Shown: positions 40,990 to 52,280 of the stretch, piece after piece
Layout of the letters: each line of letters opens with the position of its first letter
Numbering within the stretch: position 1 is the stretch's first letter
DNA from: Monocercomonoides exilis PA203
Taxonomy: Eukaryota > Protista > Preaxostyla
Assembly: GCA_001643675.2 (NCBI GenBank)
Contig: LSRY02000034.1
Span: 744,001-808,000, forward strand
Length of the DNA stretch: 64,000 nucleotides
Direction: 5' to 3'
Made by a program: the position numbers and the translations under genes
Notes under the pieces: generated by a model
Seen by the model: only the letters and a program-made list of their open reading frames with translations
Databases searched by the model: none
What the model was told of the DNA's origin: nothing

Positions 40990-41258
40990 ATGAGTTGATG
41001 GAAAATGTTAATGGTTAAGTTGAATGTGTTTATTTTTCGTTGAAAGAGTTAACTGTCACTTGCCTGTACAGGGTAGACTGAGCAGGTAATTTAGATGTTG
41101 TGGCGTGGAAATATTGGGTTAAATCTTCATGCTGGAGAGTGGACAGGTAGACAGAACTGAACAGGATTAATTATTAACTCTGAAATATGTGAGCAAATGG
41201 GCAAAGTGAGCAAAGTGGGCAAATGTGCAAAAACAAAACAGTATTATTTCCGTTATTG

Positions 41259-43520
41259 TTAATTATCCTCATCCTCAGATACAGTTTGTTTATGCATTTG
41301 TTAACATTCATCTTTCAATGTCAAATGCCATGAACGTATTCTATTTATTGTTTGTCGTTCACGTTCACATTTATTTTTCAGTTGCAGTTGGAAGTTTCTA
41401 TCTTTAATTTCAACAGGTTTGCAGAGGAGAGCTTCTATTCAATTCATTCCAACACATAGCTCGTCATAATGATTTCAAATCCACATTTCCATGCCACTTT
41501 TGCTTGCTTCATTAATATCTATTTTAGCGTCTGTCATTGGTATTGACATAACGTTTAATGATGAAAGATCTTTGTTCATCACATATATGAGCAAATTGAA
41601 ATAAAACTCTGTCGTGAATGAAGAACATTGTTGTTTGAAATGATTGATATTGCTCTTGTATTTACCGTTTCATGCAAGAACAACATATCTGCGATCTCCT
41701 GTTTCAATCAAAACCGGAAATGAGTGATTTGTCACAAATATGAAATTTGCCACATTCTCGGCTGTTCTGTGAAAAATGTTCTTCTCATTTATTCTAACAA
41801 TGTTTTCTGTTATATCAGACTTCAACACATTGTAATTTGGCAATCTGTCGTCTCCACAATTTTTCAGTTCATTTAAAATAATCAACATTTTGCTTTCAAC
41901 AACAGAGTTGAAGTTTCCAGTCAATTCACCTGTTTCTGTGACATTTCATCTTGAATAACCAGCAAATAGTTCAGATATAACATCAGTGAATCTGTTTTTC
42001 CCAATACCTTGAATTCATTTCAATATCAATGCTGTTTCATTTTTTATTCCAGTGTGTTGAACAATATTAGCAATCCAGTGAATAACATATTCATATGCAT
42101 CATCGTTGGAGTCAGCAATTACCTCACGAAAAAAGTCAAGAAACATTTAGATTTTTTCCATATCGACATGTTCACGTAAATTGTACTTAAAACCTTGAAA
42201 TATTGAGAATACATCAGCTGTATCTTTTGCGTTAATCATTACACCTTGCAATGTTTGTTTCGACAAACAAGACAGAAGAATGTCATATGCTGTCGTTGTT
42301 TCATGATCAGTTTTCCACAGTTTTATCATCTTTTAATTACGTGTAATATTTGTGTCTGTAACAAACGTTATCCCCCAACGTCTATCGAATATATTGAAAT
42401 CCTTTTGTGTAAGCATTGCCTCTGCTACAATAAATTTAATTACTCTTGACAAATCACTTGTAACATCATCAGCTGTTTTGTATTATTTTGTCTCAGCTTT
42501 TCGTCGAATGTCAGTCACGGAAAACGAATCAAACATATCAATTGATTTAACGATATTGGTGTCGTTTCTCAGTAACGGTAATATCTCGTTTGTGTGATAG
42601 TCATTATTCCATATTTTGCACATCTTTACTAATACAAATGGTGATGATCTCAAACATCTGTATCGTTGTTTTGCAGCATAATAGTTATCACGTGCGTTAG
42701 TTGTCAAATTGTCACTGTTTTGTACTCTGTCGTAAGCTAATTCGATGTGCTCATTCGGTTATGAATTAATCGCTTGAAACAGTGTGAAAAACGGGACTTC
42801 TCTGTTGATTGGCATATTTCCCACTTCGTTATGAATGACAAAACTTTCCAACCAGTTAACAAAAACATTAGCTAATTCGTCACTGAAATTGTCATTGTCG
42901 TTGTCTTATTTTTCAATATTATCCATTTCATCAGATGTTTTTGTTTACTGTTTCAATGAGAGATCGTTTAATATACCGTTAACATTTCGTGTAATTGCTG
43001 AGTCAAACGAACCTCAAAGAAGCTGATAAACATTTGTTTTTGATTGATGATCCTTACGCACTTTGCTGTTTGATTATTCTATTAATGACCGTTTGCTCTC
43101 GTCCAAAGATGTCATGACATCTACATCAAATTCATCGCAAGTGTAACATTTAATCATTCTGTTGGAGTTGGCGAAGAAGTCATCTGTATTTGCACAAATG
43201 TGTGATCCCCATGAAGCTGTTTGAACAACGATATCGTCTTCATCCAGTTTGTTTAATATTTTTGATCCAACGGATTGTTTGGACTCATCGTCTAACGATT
43301 TGTTAATGTCAATGTCGACAACAGTTAAATTTGACACTTTGTTCACCAATACTGCTCTTCCAGTAACAACAGAGCCACTGTCTCCATCATGCTTTTGATA
43401 ATTGCATAAATCAACAACGTAAGTGTCAATTCTTTCATTCAATGTTTTTTCTTCCATGCTTGTAAGGAGTTGAACCGTGTTGCAGTCGTTACTGATAATT
43501 TCGGTTATACTTTTGCTCAT
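41259..43520 (-). pseudogene. Decayed Prim-Pol (AEP) + SF3/D5-like helicase fusion gene, ~750 codons, no introns evident
   Basis: N-terminal VVDID, VQTASWGSH (TxSGGxH-like) and DVD AEP motifs. C-terminal LILK*IQGIGKN (Walker A, G replaced by stop), LTGNFN..VESKMLIILNE (Walker B), LKSDITE, FIFVTN...DRRYVV (sensor 1/Arg finger). Several in-frame stops and frameshifts. Confidence 0.85.
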
Positions 43521-43911
43521 GGTTGCCAATTATATACTAATTTAAAAAAACAATTTTTTTTTTGAAACAGACTTGTTTTTGAAACGGTGATTTACGGGGA
43601 AGATGATATAGGGGTTAATGTCGAAAATGAACCATTACAGTTAATTTTTTCATTTTTTGTTTTTTGCCCAATTTGCTAACTTTGCCCGTTTGCCCACATA
43701 TTTTGGAGAATGAAATTGAACCGGTGCATCCTGTGCACCCTGTGCAGATGAAAAGCTCGGAAATTTAACGCAATATTTCCACGCCACAACATCACTCACA
43801 TTTCCTGACCAGCTTAACCTTCCCATCCTGTGCAGGCAAAATAGTTAAGTCTTTCAACCATAAAATATTATCATCAACAACTTAAACCATTAACTGTTAT
43901 TATCAACTCAT

Positions 43912-44094
43912 TTAACAACTCATCATTTTCGACAAGCTTTCTCTCAAGATCTTTATCAATTTCTTCTGTTTTTCAGATACATGTTCGTTGTAATACTTTG
44001 TTTCTTCCTTACGTTTTTCCTGAAACTGTTTAGTTTGTTTCTGTTGAGCCGCTTTAGCTTCTTCCACAATTGCGCATATCTTCTTCCGACCCAT
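43912..44094 (-). CDS. 60-aa basic coiled-coil ORF in right arm
   Basis: Identical translation to 40807-40989. Confidence 0.45.
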   Translation of the reverse strand: MGRKKICAIVEEAKAAQQKQTKQFQEKRKEETKYYNEHVSEKQKKLIKILRESLSKMMSC

Positions 44095-47000
44095 TTACGA
44101 TAAAACAAAAAAACAAAATCAATTATTTTTATTTGCGATTTCCACCAACGATTTCATCAATTTTCACCATTATTTCACCAGCTCCGACACTTTCAGCTAA
44201 TCTTTTAGCTAATTTCCTCCTTGGAGATATTGTAGGTCAGCCATAGATACATATCGATTGCACCAAACAATAACTCCTTCTTTATAGAACATCACTGAAA
44301 ATCTTGTCATGATAAACCCTAAGAATATGAGCAATAACTCTCGATCTCTATCTTATTATCATTGCCTATTCCAACTTATTATTCAAGATGATAACAACCA
44401 TCAGATATACATAAATCGATATATTTGATTGATCAAAATCGAAATGGATAAATAGCTGATATGCCATATCTCTTTGTCTTGAAAAACAAATCGATAAAAC
44501 CACAGCCAAGCCTTTTCTTCATCAGTGAATGTTTTCAAAAGTTCAAAATTATGATCCTTTTCATCTTCGGGATCCGCCGTTTTCACTGATTTTTTATTTG
44601 ATCAAACCCATAAAACGTTTGTTTCACCCAAAATAATATTTTTTTCATAAAAAATATACAAGTCATATTCAAGCATTTATAATAACATAAAGATTGTTAG
44701 AATACACTAATAAATATGTTGCAATAGAAACATTAAAGTTTTGATTACTTTGATATTATACAATTATGCCAAAATCGAGGAATGCGAATGCTGAGAAGTG
44801 GGATGTGGAGAAAAAAATCGAAAAGATCGAGACCGTGATGAAGATGGACAAGTGCCTTTCAAACGAGGAAGAGAAGCAGCAAGACTTGAAGCTTGAAGAG
44901 CAAATGCTGATTTTGAAACAGTCAAGGGTAAATTCAAATGGAGATTTCAATGCTAATGGGAAAGAGAATGAGAATATAGAAAATTAAGTAATAAATTCAG
45001 ATAAAGAAATTTTAATTGTGGGAAGAAATAAGAATAATTGTGATACTGTGGAGGAGTTTTTGTCATAAATAATTGTTTCGAAATTGTCTCCTGCGGTTTC
45101 TTCATCATCTCAATAATAATCATCTTCTTCGTCTTCTTCCAAGCTCTGGTTTTATGAAAAATACAAACCTTTCTTTATTTCCTATTTTTATAAAGAAAGA
45201 TGAAAAAGGGAATAACAGAAAAGAAAGAAGAAGAAGATGAAGAAGAAGATGATGATGATAATGAATGCAAAACGAATTGCTATATTTCAGAATTTTTTCA
45301 CTAATTTGTTTGAATGAGAAGAGAGCTGATCCTGAACAAGAATAACGGAAAACAACAGAAATGATTCCAGGAGAATGAGTTAACTGTGGAGGAAACATGT
45401 GATATGATGGAAAAAATAGACAATGGTTTGTTTACGAGCTGAAGAAACGAGACGAAAAATGAGGATGAGGGAAAAGAAATTTCTTTCATTCTGGTATTGT
45501 GTCATCGATGTTGGACAGCGCTAGTGGAACGGGAGCAAGTTTGAGAGAGACGGATGATGAATAACAGCAGCAATAAGAATAGAAGCAAATGCAGATGAAA
45601 CAGATGGATCTTCCTCCTGGAACAGCAACAAAACATATTCTGCTGAAGTTGGTTCAATTTTTGAGAACGAAAAAGACAAAATTGACAATATCTACCAATA
45701 ATAATTGCTGCTGCTGAAAAAGAAAAAGAAAATGGAACAGATGATCGATAATCTGGGAAGAGAAGGAGAGGAAGGCGCGTCAGCAGCTTTTGTTGTGCAG
45801 AGGATGTTTGATGTGAGAAACGGAGCAGATTCCGAAGAGAAGAAGATTGACATCTTTTGATACTCACAATATGAGTGGAACACTTAGCGCGCTTGCCGCA
45901 ATGACTCTCAGTACGTGTCAACACAGCTTCTTCTGTCTGGTTCTCAACATGTAATGGACTAGTTTTAAAGAAAGCAGCGACAGGAGAAGCAGGTGGAGAT
46001 TCCGTTTGTGAATTTTGAGCAATCATTGAACATTTCACTTGCAGCGCTGGATATGGTCACAAACCTGCTCTGCACACTGAACGATAACTCAATTAAGTAT
46101 GATGATCAAAAAACGAGAGATGAGAAATTTGAGAAGAATTACCAGTTCATTTTGTGTATGTATCCCATTGCGAAGTTCTTTTTCAGCATCGCTTTCCTTT
46201 CAGTCAAGATAGAGACAACGGAAGAGAGCATAATTGTATCGTGGGGTTGAATTTGAGTCGCAATACGCAGACAAGTTACTGATGTATGAGGCGGAAGCAG
46301 CAGAGGAGAAAAAGTGGTCGTTGGAAATATTAAAGGATCAATCTATCTGTTTTTGATTAGAAGATGTCTGCATCAAGTGGTGTGGACACACTGGAAAAGA
46401 AAAATGTCATATGTCTAAAAAGGATTGTGAATAAAAAGAAGATCCAATTAATATCGCAGGAAGAAGAGTTTAAAAAAGAGACAAAGTCAGGTTCACCAAG
46501 AGAAGCATGCTTTGCGAGAACAGCGAGTGAATACAGCTACATTCTGGATTATTTGGCATTTTTTTATAAAAGATTGACAAGATTTTCAAAGAATAGAGAA
46601 ATCAGGAAAGCAGAAAAGAAGAAGAGGCGGTGGAGATTCTGATTTCAGCGAGAGAAAAGAAAAGAATACCAGACGGATCGACTTCAGCAATAGCGAAGAT
46701 CTGAAGCGATGTGGTGTGTTGAAATTTTTTATAAAAACAAAGAATTATTATTATTATTATTATTATTTCATTGGTTTTGATATAATTTTTATATTCTTAT
46801 TAAAATTTTGAACTATTGGCTTTGAATTTTCTCTTTTTTTCCAGTGAAATGCAATTTTTTTGCAGGATTAATGTGTTGATTTCAATTGTCATTTTGTGAA
46901 TGTGCTAATTGATAATCTTCATTGAATTTCTTGTTTGAACAACATCACCGTAGAAATCACTGAGGCGCTTAATCTTTCCAGTCTGTTTGGACTCACACAA

Positions 47001-47897
47001 TCAACAACCAAAAAGTTCTGTGCAAGAAGTGATGAAAGAGCAATTTTTCATTTTTTAAGGTTTGCACTATTTTTCGATAATTGTTTAAATTGTTTTAATC
47101 ATATATTTTTTTTCACATTTTTTCAAATTATTCAAACTCTAATTTCTCTTTATTCAATCAATTAATACAAAAACATATGAACCCTCACTTTTCATGGTTT
47201 TATTTCTTTCAACCTTTTCTTCTAAGTTTGAGTGATGTGTCTTTTCCATGAACTCTTTCCAGTGTTTTTATTGCCATTGGAAACAGAACAGATAAAAAAG
47301 ACTGAACAAAAAGCCATTTCCACAACACTATCTGCTACGACAGATATTTCTGTGACACAACTGACTGCCTCCTCTCCACACAGCAAGACTTCCTCTCTTC
47401 GTCGGATACTCGATATTTCTTCTCTTCATCCCCATCGCCTTCCTCATCTTCTTCTTTCTCATATCAACTATCCACCGATGGCTTCATCTTCACCTTGTTT
47501 GAGTCAGTCAAGCTCCCTTCCTCCAAAGCGAACATCCTTTCATATTTCCAACAAAAGACATCTCTTTTTCCTCCATTTCATATTATCAACTAAATTTATT
47601 TCTTCCCCATCACCCTCCAGATCTCCTTCTCCTCCTCACTTTTGCTCCAGTATTCCTCTATTTCTGACATTGAATTCCAGCAAATGCTCTCTTGCATATC
47701 ACATTCGCAATTCTTCGAATATACGAACGCAAGGAGCAGGTTTGCTCCTCAATAATGAGTGTTATTATAAATTATGGGTGGTTTAAGATCAAACTTCGCT
47801 TTCAATTTAACTTCTTCACATACCATTGTCCGCTTTTTATATGACGCAAGATACGGTTTGAGTTCCGAATAGCGACGGCGAGGACAGAAGTTTTGAT

Positions 47898-49058
47898 TTG
47901 ATGCACAGACTTGCAAGGGTAGAAGATATGATTGAAGAAATTTCAAGAAGCCAAACACTAGCAATGCAGTCGGGAGCTACGGAGTTGCTGCCAACGAGGA
48001 AAGTGAAGAGGGAACGAGCAAGGAGAAGAAGCAGATCGAGATCGAGCGAGTCGGAGTTGGATTCAAATTTTTGTGATCTGATCGCGAGAGGGAAACAAGG
48101 AAAGCGTGAGAAATTACGTCGCACATATAGCCGAATGAGAAGACGGGAAGACGAAGAGGATAGCGAGTGGGATTCTGAAGAGCTGGGAGCGCTGCAAGAG
48201 AAAGAAGGAACCGAAGACTTCACAAGAATTTTTCCCAGGGAGTGGTTGACACCTCGGAGACAAGCGAGGGAGTTGAGGAAGTATATTGAATTTTGCAAAG
48301 CTGGCTCGATAAGAATGAATAAAGTCATTCTAAATACTTTTATTCCGGAGAGCGAGAAGGAATTTTTCACGGGACACACGGATACAAGCTGGAACGCGCT
48401 TGCCAGAACAGTCATCACAACAAAGGGTAGAAGAGACTCACCAGAAGCCAGCCGAGCAATTGAACTCCTCCAGCCTGCCCTTGAATCGGGCTTTGATGCT
48501 GCAAAAGCGATTGCAGCCCTCACAGTGAAAGAATCGAGGAGAACGTACTTAGAGGAAGAAGAGAAGGAGCGTTTTATGGATCTTTTCAAAGCGTTCTCCC
48601 TGATAGTTGACTGTATCAGTCGTATAAACCTTTTGAAGGTTGTACCCCAGGCGAACTGGGAGAACGGGAAAGAGTTCCTTGAGGGAGGAATGATCAAGAA
48701 GGTGCAGGAGAACCTGAGGAAACTAGTGGAGAGCACTAGCTTTTTTCAAGCAGGGGGAGATGCAGAAAGATACGGTGCATCTCCTGACTCCACAACAGGT
48801 TTCGGGCCCACAACAGCCAGAGGGGGACTTCCGAGAATATACAGTTCGGGAAGGAGCACCCAAGGATTTGTATACAGACAGCTCCAGAGAAGAGGATACG
48901 GCAGGAGCTTCACAGACTTCAAAGGAAAGAAGAGAACACCCCAGTTCCAGGCCCAGTTCGTTCCAACCATCGCTGGGAGGCCAGCCCCTATCATTGGACC
49001 ATTTCCCCCTGCCCCCTCAAGGACCCAAGGAGGGACAGCGATGGAACCATCAATCTGA
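47898..49058 (+). CDS. Gag-like ORF1 of DIRS-like element
   Basis: 386-aa basic ORF immediately upstream of RT, with an R/G/P-rich C-terminus; assigned by position. Confidence 0.6.
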   Translation: MMHRLARVEDMIEEISRSQTLAMQSGATELLPTRKVKRERARRRSRSRSSESELDSNFCDLIARGKQGKREKLRRTYSRMRRREDEEDSEWDSEELGALQEKEGTEDFTRIFPREWLTPRRQARELRKYIEFCKAGSIRMNKVILNTFIPESEKEFFTGHTDTSWNALARTVITTKGRRDSPEASRAIELLQPALESGFDAAKAIAALTVKESRRTYLEEEEKERFMDLFKAFSLIVDCISRINLLKVVPQANWENGKEFLEGGMIKKVQENLRKLVESTSFFQAGGDAERYGASPDSTTGFGPTTARGGLPRIYSSGRSTQGFVYRQLQRRGYGRSFTDFKGKKRTPQFQAQFVPTIAGRPAPIIGPFPPAPSRTQGGTAMEPSI

Positions 49059-49066
49059 TCCAACAA

Positions 49067-51169
49067 GTGGCCTCAGGAGCAGAGAGGCAGAGGAGAGAGA
49101 AAGAAGAGAGAGAAGAGAGAGCCGCGCTTTGCAGCGAGACCGAGAGAGGAGAGAGAGAAGCAAATTACAGAGAGACGAATACACGACGAGCAACCGTAGC
49201 TCCGGGCGAGACGCGATCAGGGACGGAAATGCAGAAACAACAGGTGAACGTCAGAGGGACTCTGAACTCGTTTGACCAAAGAAAGGAGAGAGAACGAGAA
49301 ATCACGGGGGATTCGGCGAGAGAGATATCGATAGAAGATGTGCGACACGAGACAACGAGAATAGAAGGAGACTCCGATTATCCCCGGGTGACGGGACAGA
49401 AGAGCGAGAGGGAGAACGGGAAGATAGTTTGGAGAAATTCTGGGATTGTTATCGGGAACCCAATTGGGAGCGCCCGGGAGGGGAGCTCGAGGACAGCTAT
49501 ATTAGATACTCTCGAAGAAGAAGGGAATACACAGACGCAACTTGGCCACAAGACGCAAGGAGTGAAGAGGAGTGCAGTGATTGGACCACCGAGGGAGCCA
49601 CTTCCGGAGAGGTTAGTGAACAGGCTGAGCGAGTGGAAGAGGATTGGGGGAGACAAACTAGTGAGCCGTGGTATAAAAGCTCGATGGAAAAGTCCCCTCT
49701 TTCCAATCTCACTCGAGGAGAGAAAACACAGACAAGAATTTCGGGGAACAACGGAGATGACGAGCAATTATTTGTCCCTCTTGGAGGAGGAATTGAAGGA
49801 AGGAGTGGTGAACCCCATACAGGAGTCGGAGGTGAAGTGGTTCAACCCGACATTCATGGTCCGGAAGAAGAACGGAAAGTGGAGGAAGATTCTGGATTGC
49901 AGAATTTTAAACGAGGAAGTGCTAGGGAAACACTTCAAGATGGATTCCCAGGAGACAGTTGTGGAACTCCTGGAGGAGAACGATTGGATGACTACGCTCG
50001 ACATATCGAGTGCTTATCAACATGTCAAAGTGGATGAACAACTCATCCACTTCCTGAACTTCAGCTTTCAAAGTCAACGCTATTCAGACGTGGGGATGCC
50101 ATTTGGAGCAAAAGACACGCCCAGAGTATTCACGAAGATAATGAGACGGGTAGCGTCATATATCAGAGAACATTGGAAGGAAAAGCTGATGATATATCTG
50201 GACGACATCCTCCTCATGCACCCAGACAGGGATGCATTGAGATCGATCTCACAGGAGATAGCCCAGTTACTGAGAAATCTGGTGTGGATACTGTCGGAGG
50301 AGAAGCTGAAATTAGAACCCACAAGGAGTGGGGAGTTTCTGGGATGGCTGTGGAATTCAGAGAAGATGGAAGTGTTGCTCCAAGAGAGGAAGAGAGTGCT
50401 GCTCCTGGGGAATGTGCGAACCTGGATAGCACTGGCAAAGAGAAAGAGACAGAAGACGAGGGATTTTGCCGCACTCCTCGGAAGGTTGAACTTCGTGAGA
50501 CTGCAACACCCGCCAGCGAGCTTGTGGATGAAGCGCATGCAACATGTGCTGAGGCAGGCAATAGCCCGCGGGGGCGGGAAGGGAACGGTGATAGTCAGCT
50601 TAATAATTCTGGGAGAATTAACACATTGGAGGAAGGTCCTGCAAGAGAACAGGCCAAGGAGTCTGAAGAGAAGAAACAGATCAGCAGAACTTGCAACGGA
50701 CGCTTCAGAGCTGGGATGGGGTGCAGTGTTAACAATACTGAAAGAGAACAAAGAGGAGAAGATTTATGTCCACAGAAGTTGGACCCTCCAGGAAAGAACA
50801 TTTCCGATCAACGAGAAGGAGTCCAGAGCAGTATAAAGGATACAAGAGAGAAAGTGAGAGTGGTTGCAACAACAGAAGGTAGATCATATTCGTCTGAAGA
50901 AGGAAAACATGTCCACGAGATGAACGATACAGAATAAGAGGGGTGCGCCGTCGCTCATTCCAACACTGAGGGCATTGGAGAAGAAACTGAACAGCCTGGA
51001 CATTACGACGCAAACGGAACTTCTACCGGGAGAGCAGAATATGGAAGCAGATGCACTCAGCCGGATGGCGAAGAAGCCGGACTATGCATTGAATGGGGAG
51101 ATAGTTGCAGAGTTATTACAAACAATCGCACAGAGAAAACATCAGAAGCTGGGAGAGAGGAAAATATGA
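49067..51169 (+). pseudogene. Reverse transcriptase-RNase H of DIRS-like element, disrupted in RNase H
   Basis: FMVRKKNGKWRKILDCRILN, HFKMD, LDISSAYQHV, MPFG, IYLDD, FLG; RNase H ATDASELGWG, INEKESRAV*, then LPGEQNMEADALSR after the break. Confidence 0.92.
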
Positions 51170-51771
51170 GAAAAGGTTTGCAATTAAAGAAACGAGACTT
51201 ACAGTTTTGAGAAGATAGAAAGCAAAGAGAAATAACTTTATCACAGAACTCCTCAGCCCGACCACCCTAGCGTAGGAGAACACTCCTCATTATTCACAGC
51301 AGCGTTTACGAGCTGACTGGAAGCAAACACACTACAACACAGAGAAAGATGCACATTAACAGAGGGAAACATGGAGTGAGTTGTTTAAGACAAATAATAA
51401 TGAATTCATTTGAATCGAATTCACGGAAAGGAATGTCTCAGAAGCACCCCGAGAAAGAAAAGGAGAATAGCTAGGTGCCGCACCGTCATCCGCACGCCCT
51501 CAGTTCATCTGCCTCACGATATTGTGCTAGGCAGGAGGGTTTAAGATCAGAAGAGAAGAAAGAGAGAGAGAGGGATTTCAGAACTTATTATTGAGGAGAA
51601 AACCTGCTTTGTTTCTGCGTTCTATCAAAATATTTGTTTGAGTTGAATAGAACAAAATTCATAAAGCAAAAAAATTACGTACTAAATATTCACTGAAAAA
51701 AACATATTTTGTTGAAATAAATTCATTAGATGTTAAAACTTCATTAATTATATTTTTCATCACAAAAACTT

Positions 51772-52028
51772 GGGTGATTATCTTTGAAATCATATTGTTT
51801 CAGACAAAAATTTCAGTTCGAAATTTTCTCTTGAATATTAACAAATGAACAGTGATAAGTTAAAAGGCTTATTGAATACGTTTTTATCATTGATTCGTAA
51901 AAGCCATTTGTTTAAAAAAACAATTATCAAACTTTTTCTCTTTTCTATTAACATTTTCTTTCAAAAAACAAACAATCTTTGAAAAATCAACACCCCGAAA
52001 AAAGATATGATTTCAAAAATAATCACCC
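51772..52028. mobile_element. 257-bp MITE, family A, perfect ACTT TSD
   Basis: GGGTGATTATCTTTGAAATCATAT...ATATGATTTCAAAAATAATCACCC; ACTT at 51768-51771 and 52029-52032. Confidence 0.85.
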
Positions 52029-52280
52029 ACTTAAATACATTTTCCTTTCAAAATAATTTTCTTTCAAATTCAGCAGTTGCATAACATTCATACTCAATGT
52101 GCATCTTCATTATTAATTAAACTTTATAATGAACTGAAGTTGATGACATTTTCGGATCAATTCGTTCTTCATTTAAAAATTCTGTCCCACAATTGCGTTA
52201 GATTTAAAATGATCTGATATGTAAATTGGAAAAGGTGTTCGTGAGCAACGAACAACATTTCACGATCATCATAAATCCAT

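Larger units (their letters stand above)
40131..44770. mobile_element. 4.64-kb element with ~1.1-kb inverted arms enclosing a primase-helicase pseudogene
   Basis: Termini GGCATAATT...AATTATGCC. Arms 40142-40999 and 43893-44759 look identical (two ORF pairs translate identically). Diverged inverted similarity continues to ~41240/43655. Confidence 0.9.
47735..51608 (+). mobile_element. DIRS-like (tyrosine-recombinase class) retrotransposon, 3'-internally deleted
   Basis: GC/purine-rich island with gag-like and RT-RNase H ORFs and no protease or DDE integrase. Short inverted termini AGCAGGTTT(G/T)CTCCTCAATAAT(G/A)AGT at 47735-47760 and 51583-51608. Confidence 0.8.

Noticed and set aside
41259-43520. 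TGA read-through or alternative genetic code in the primase-helicase gene
   Set aside because: The TGAs fall at positions expected to be different residues (Gly in Walker A, probably Cys elsewhere) and coexist with TAA stops and frameshifts, which indicates ordinary decay.
44780-46720. Coding-like fragments (also ~2200-3450, 38100-38900, 56100-56950, 62100-63500)
   Set aside because: Probably pseudogene debris, but stop-ridden with no assignable motif.
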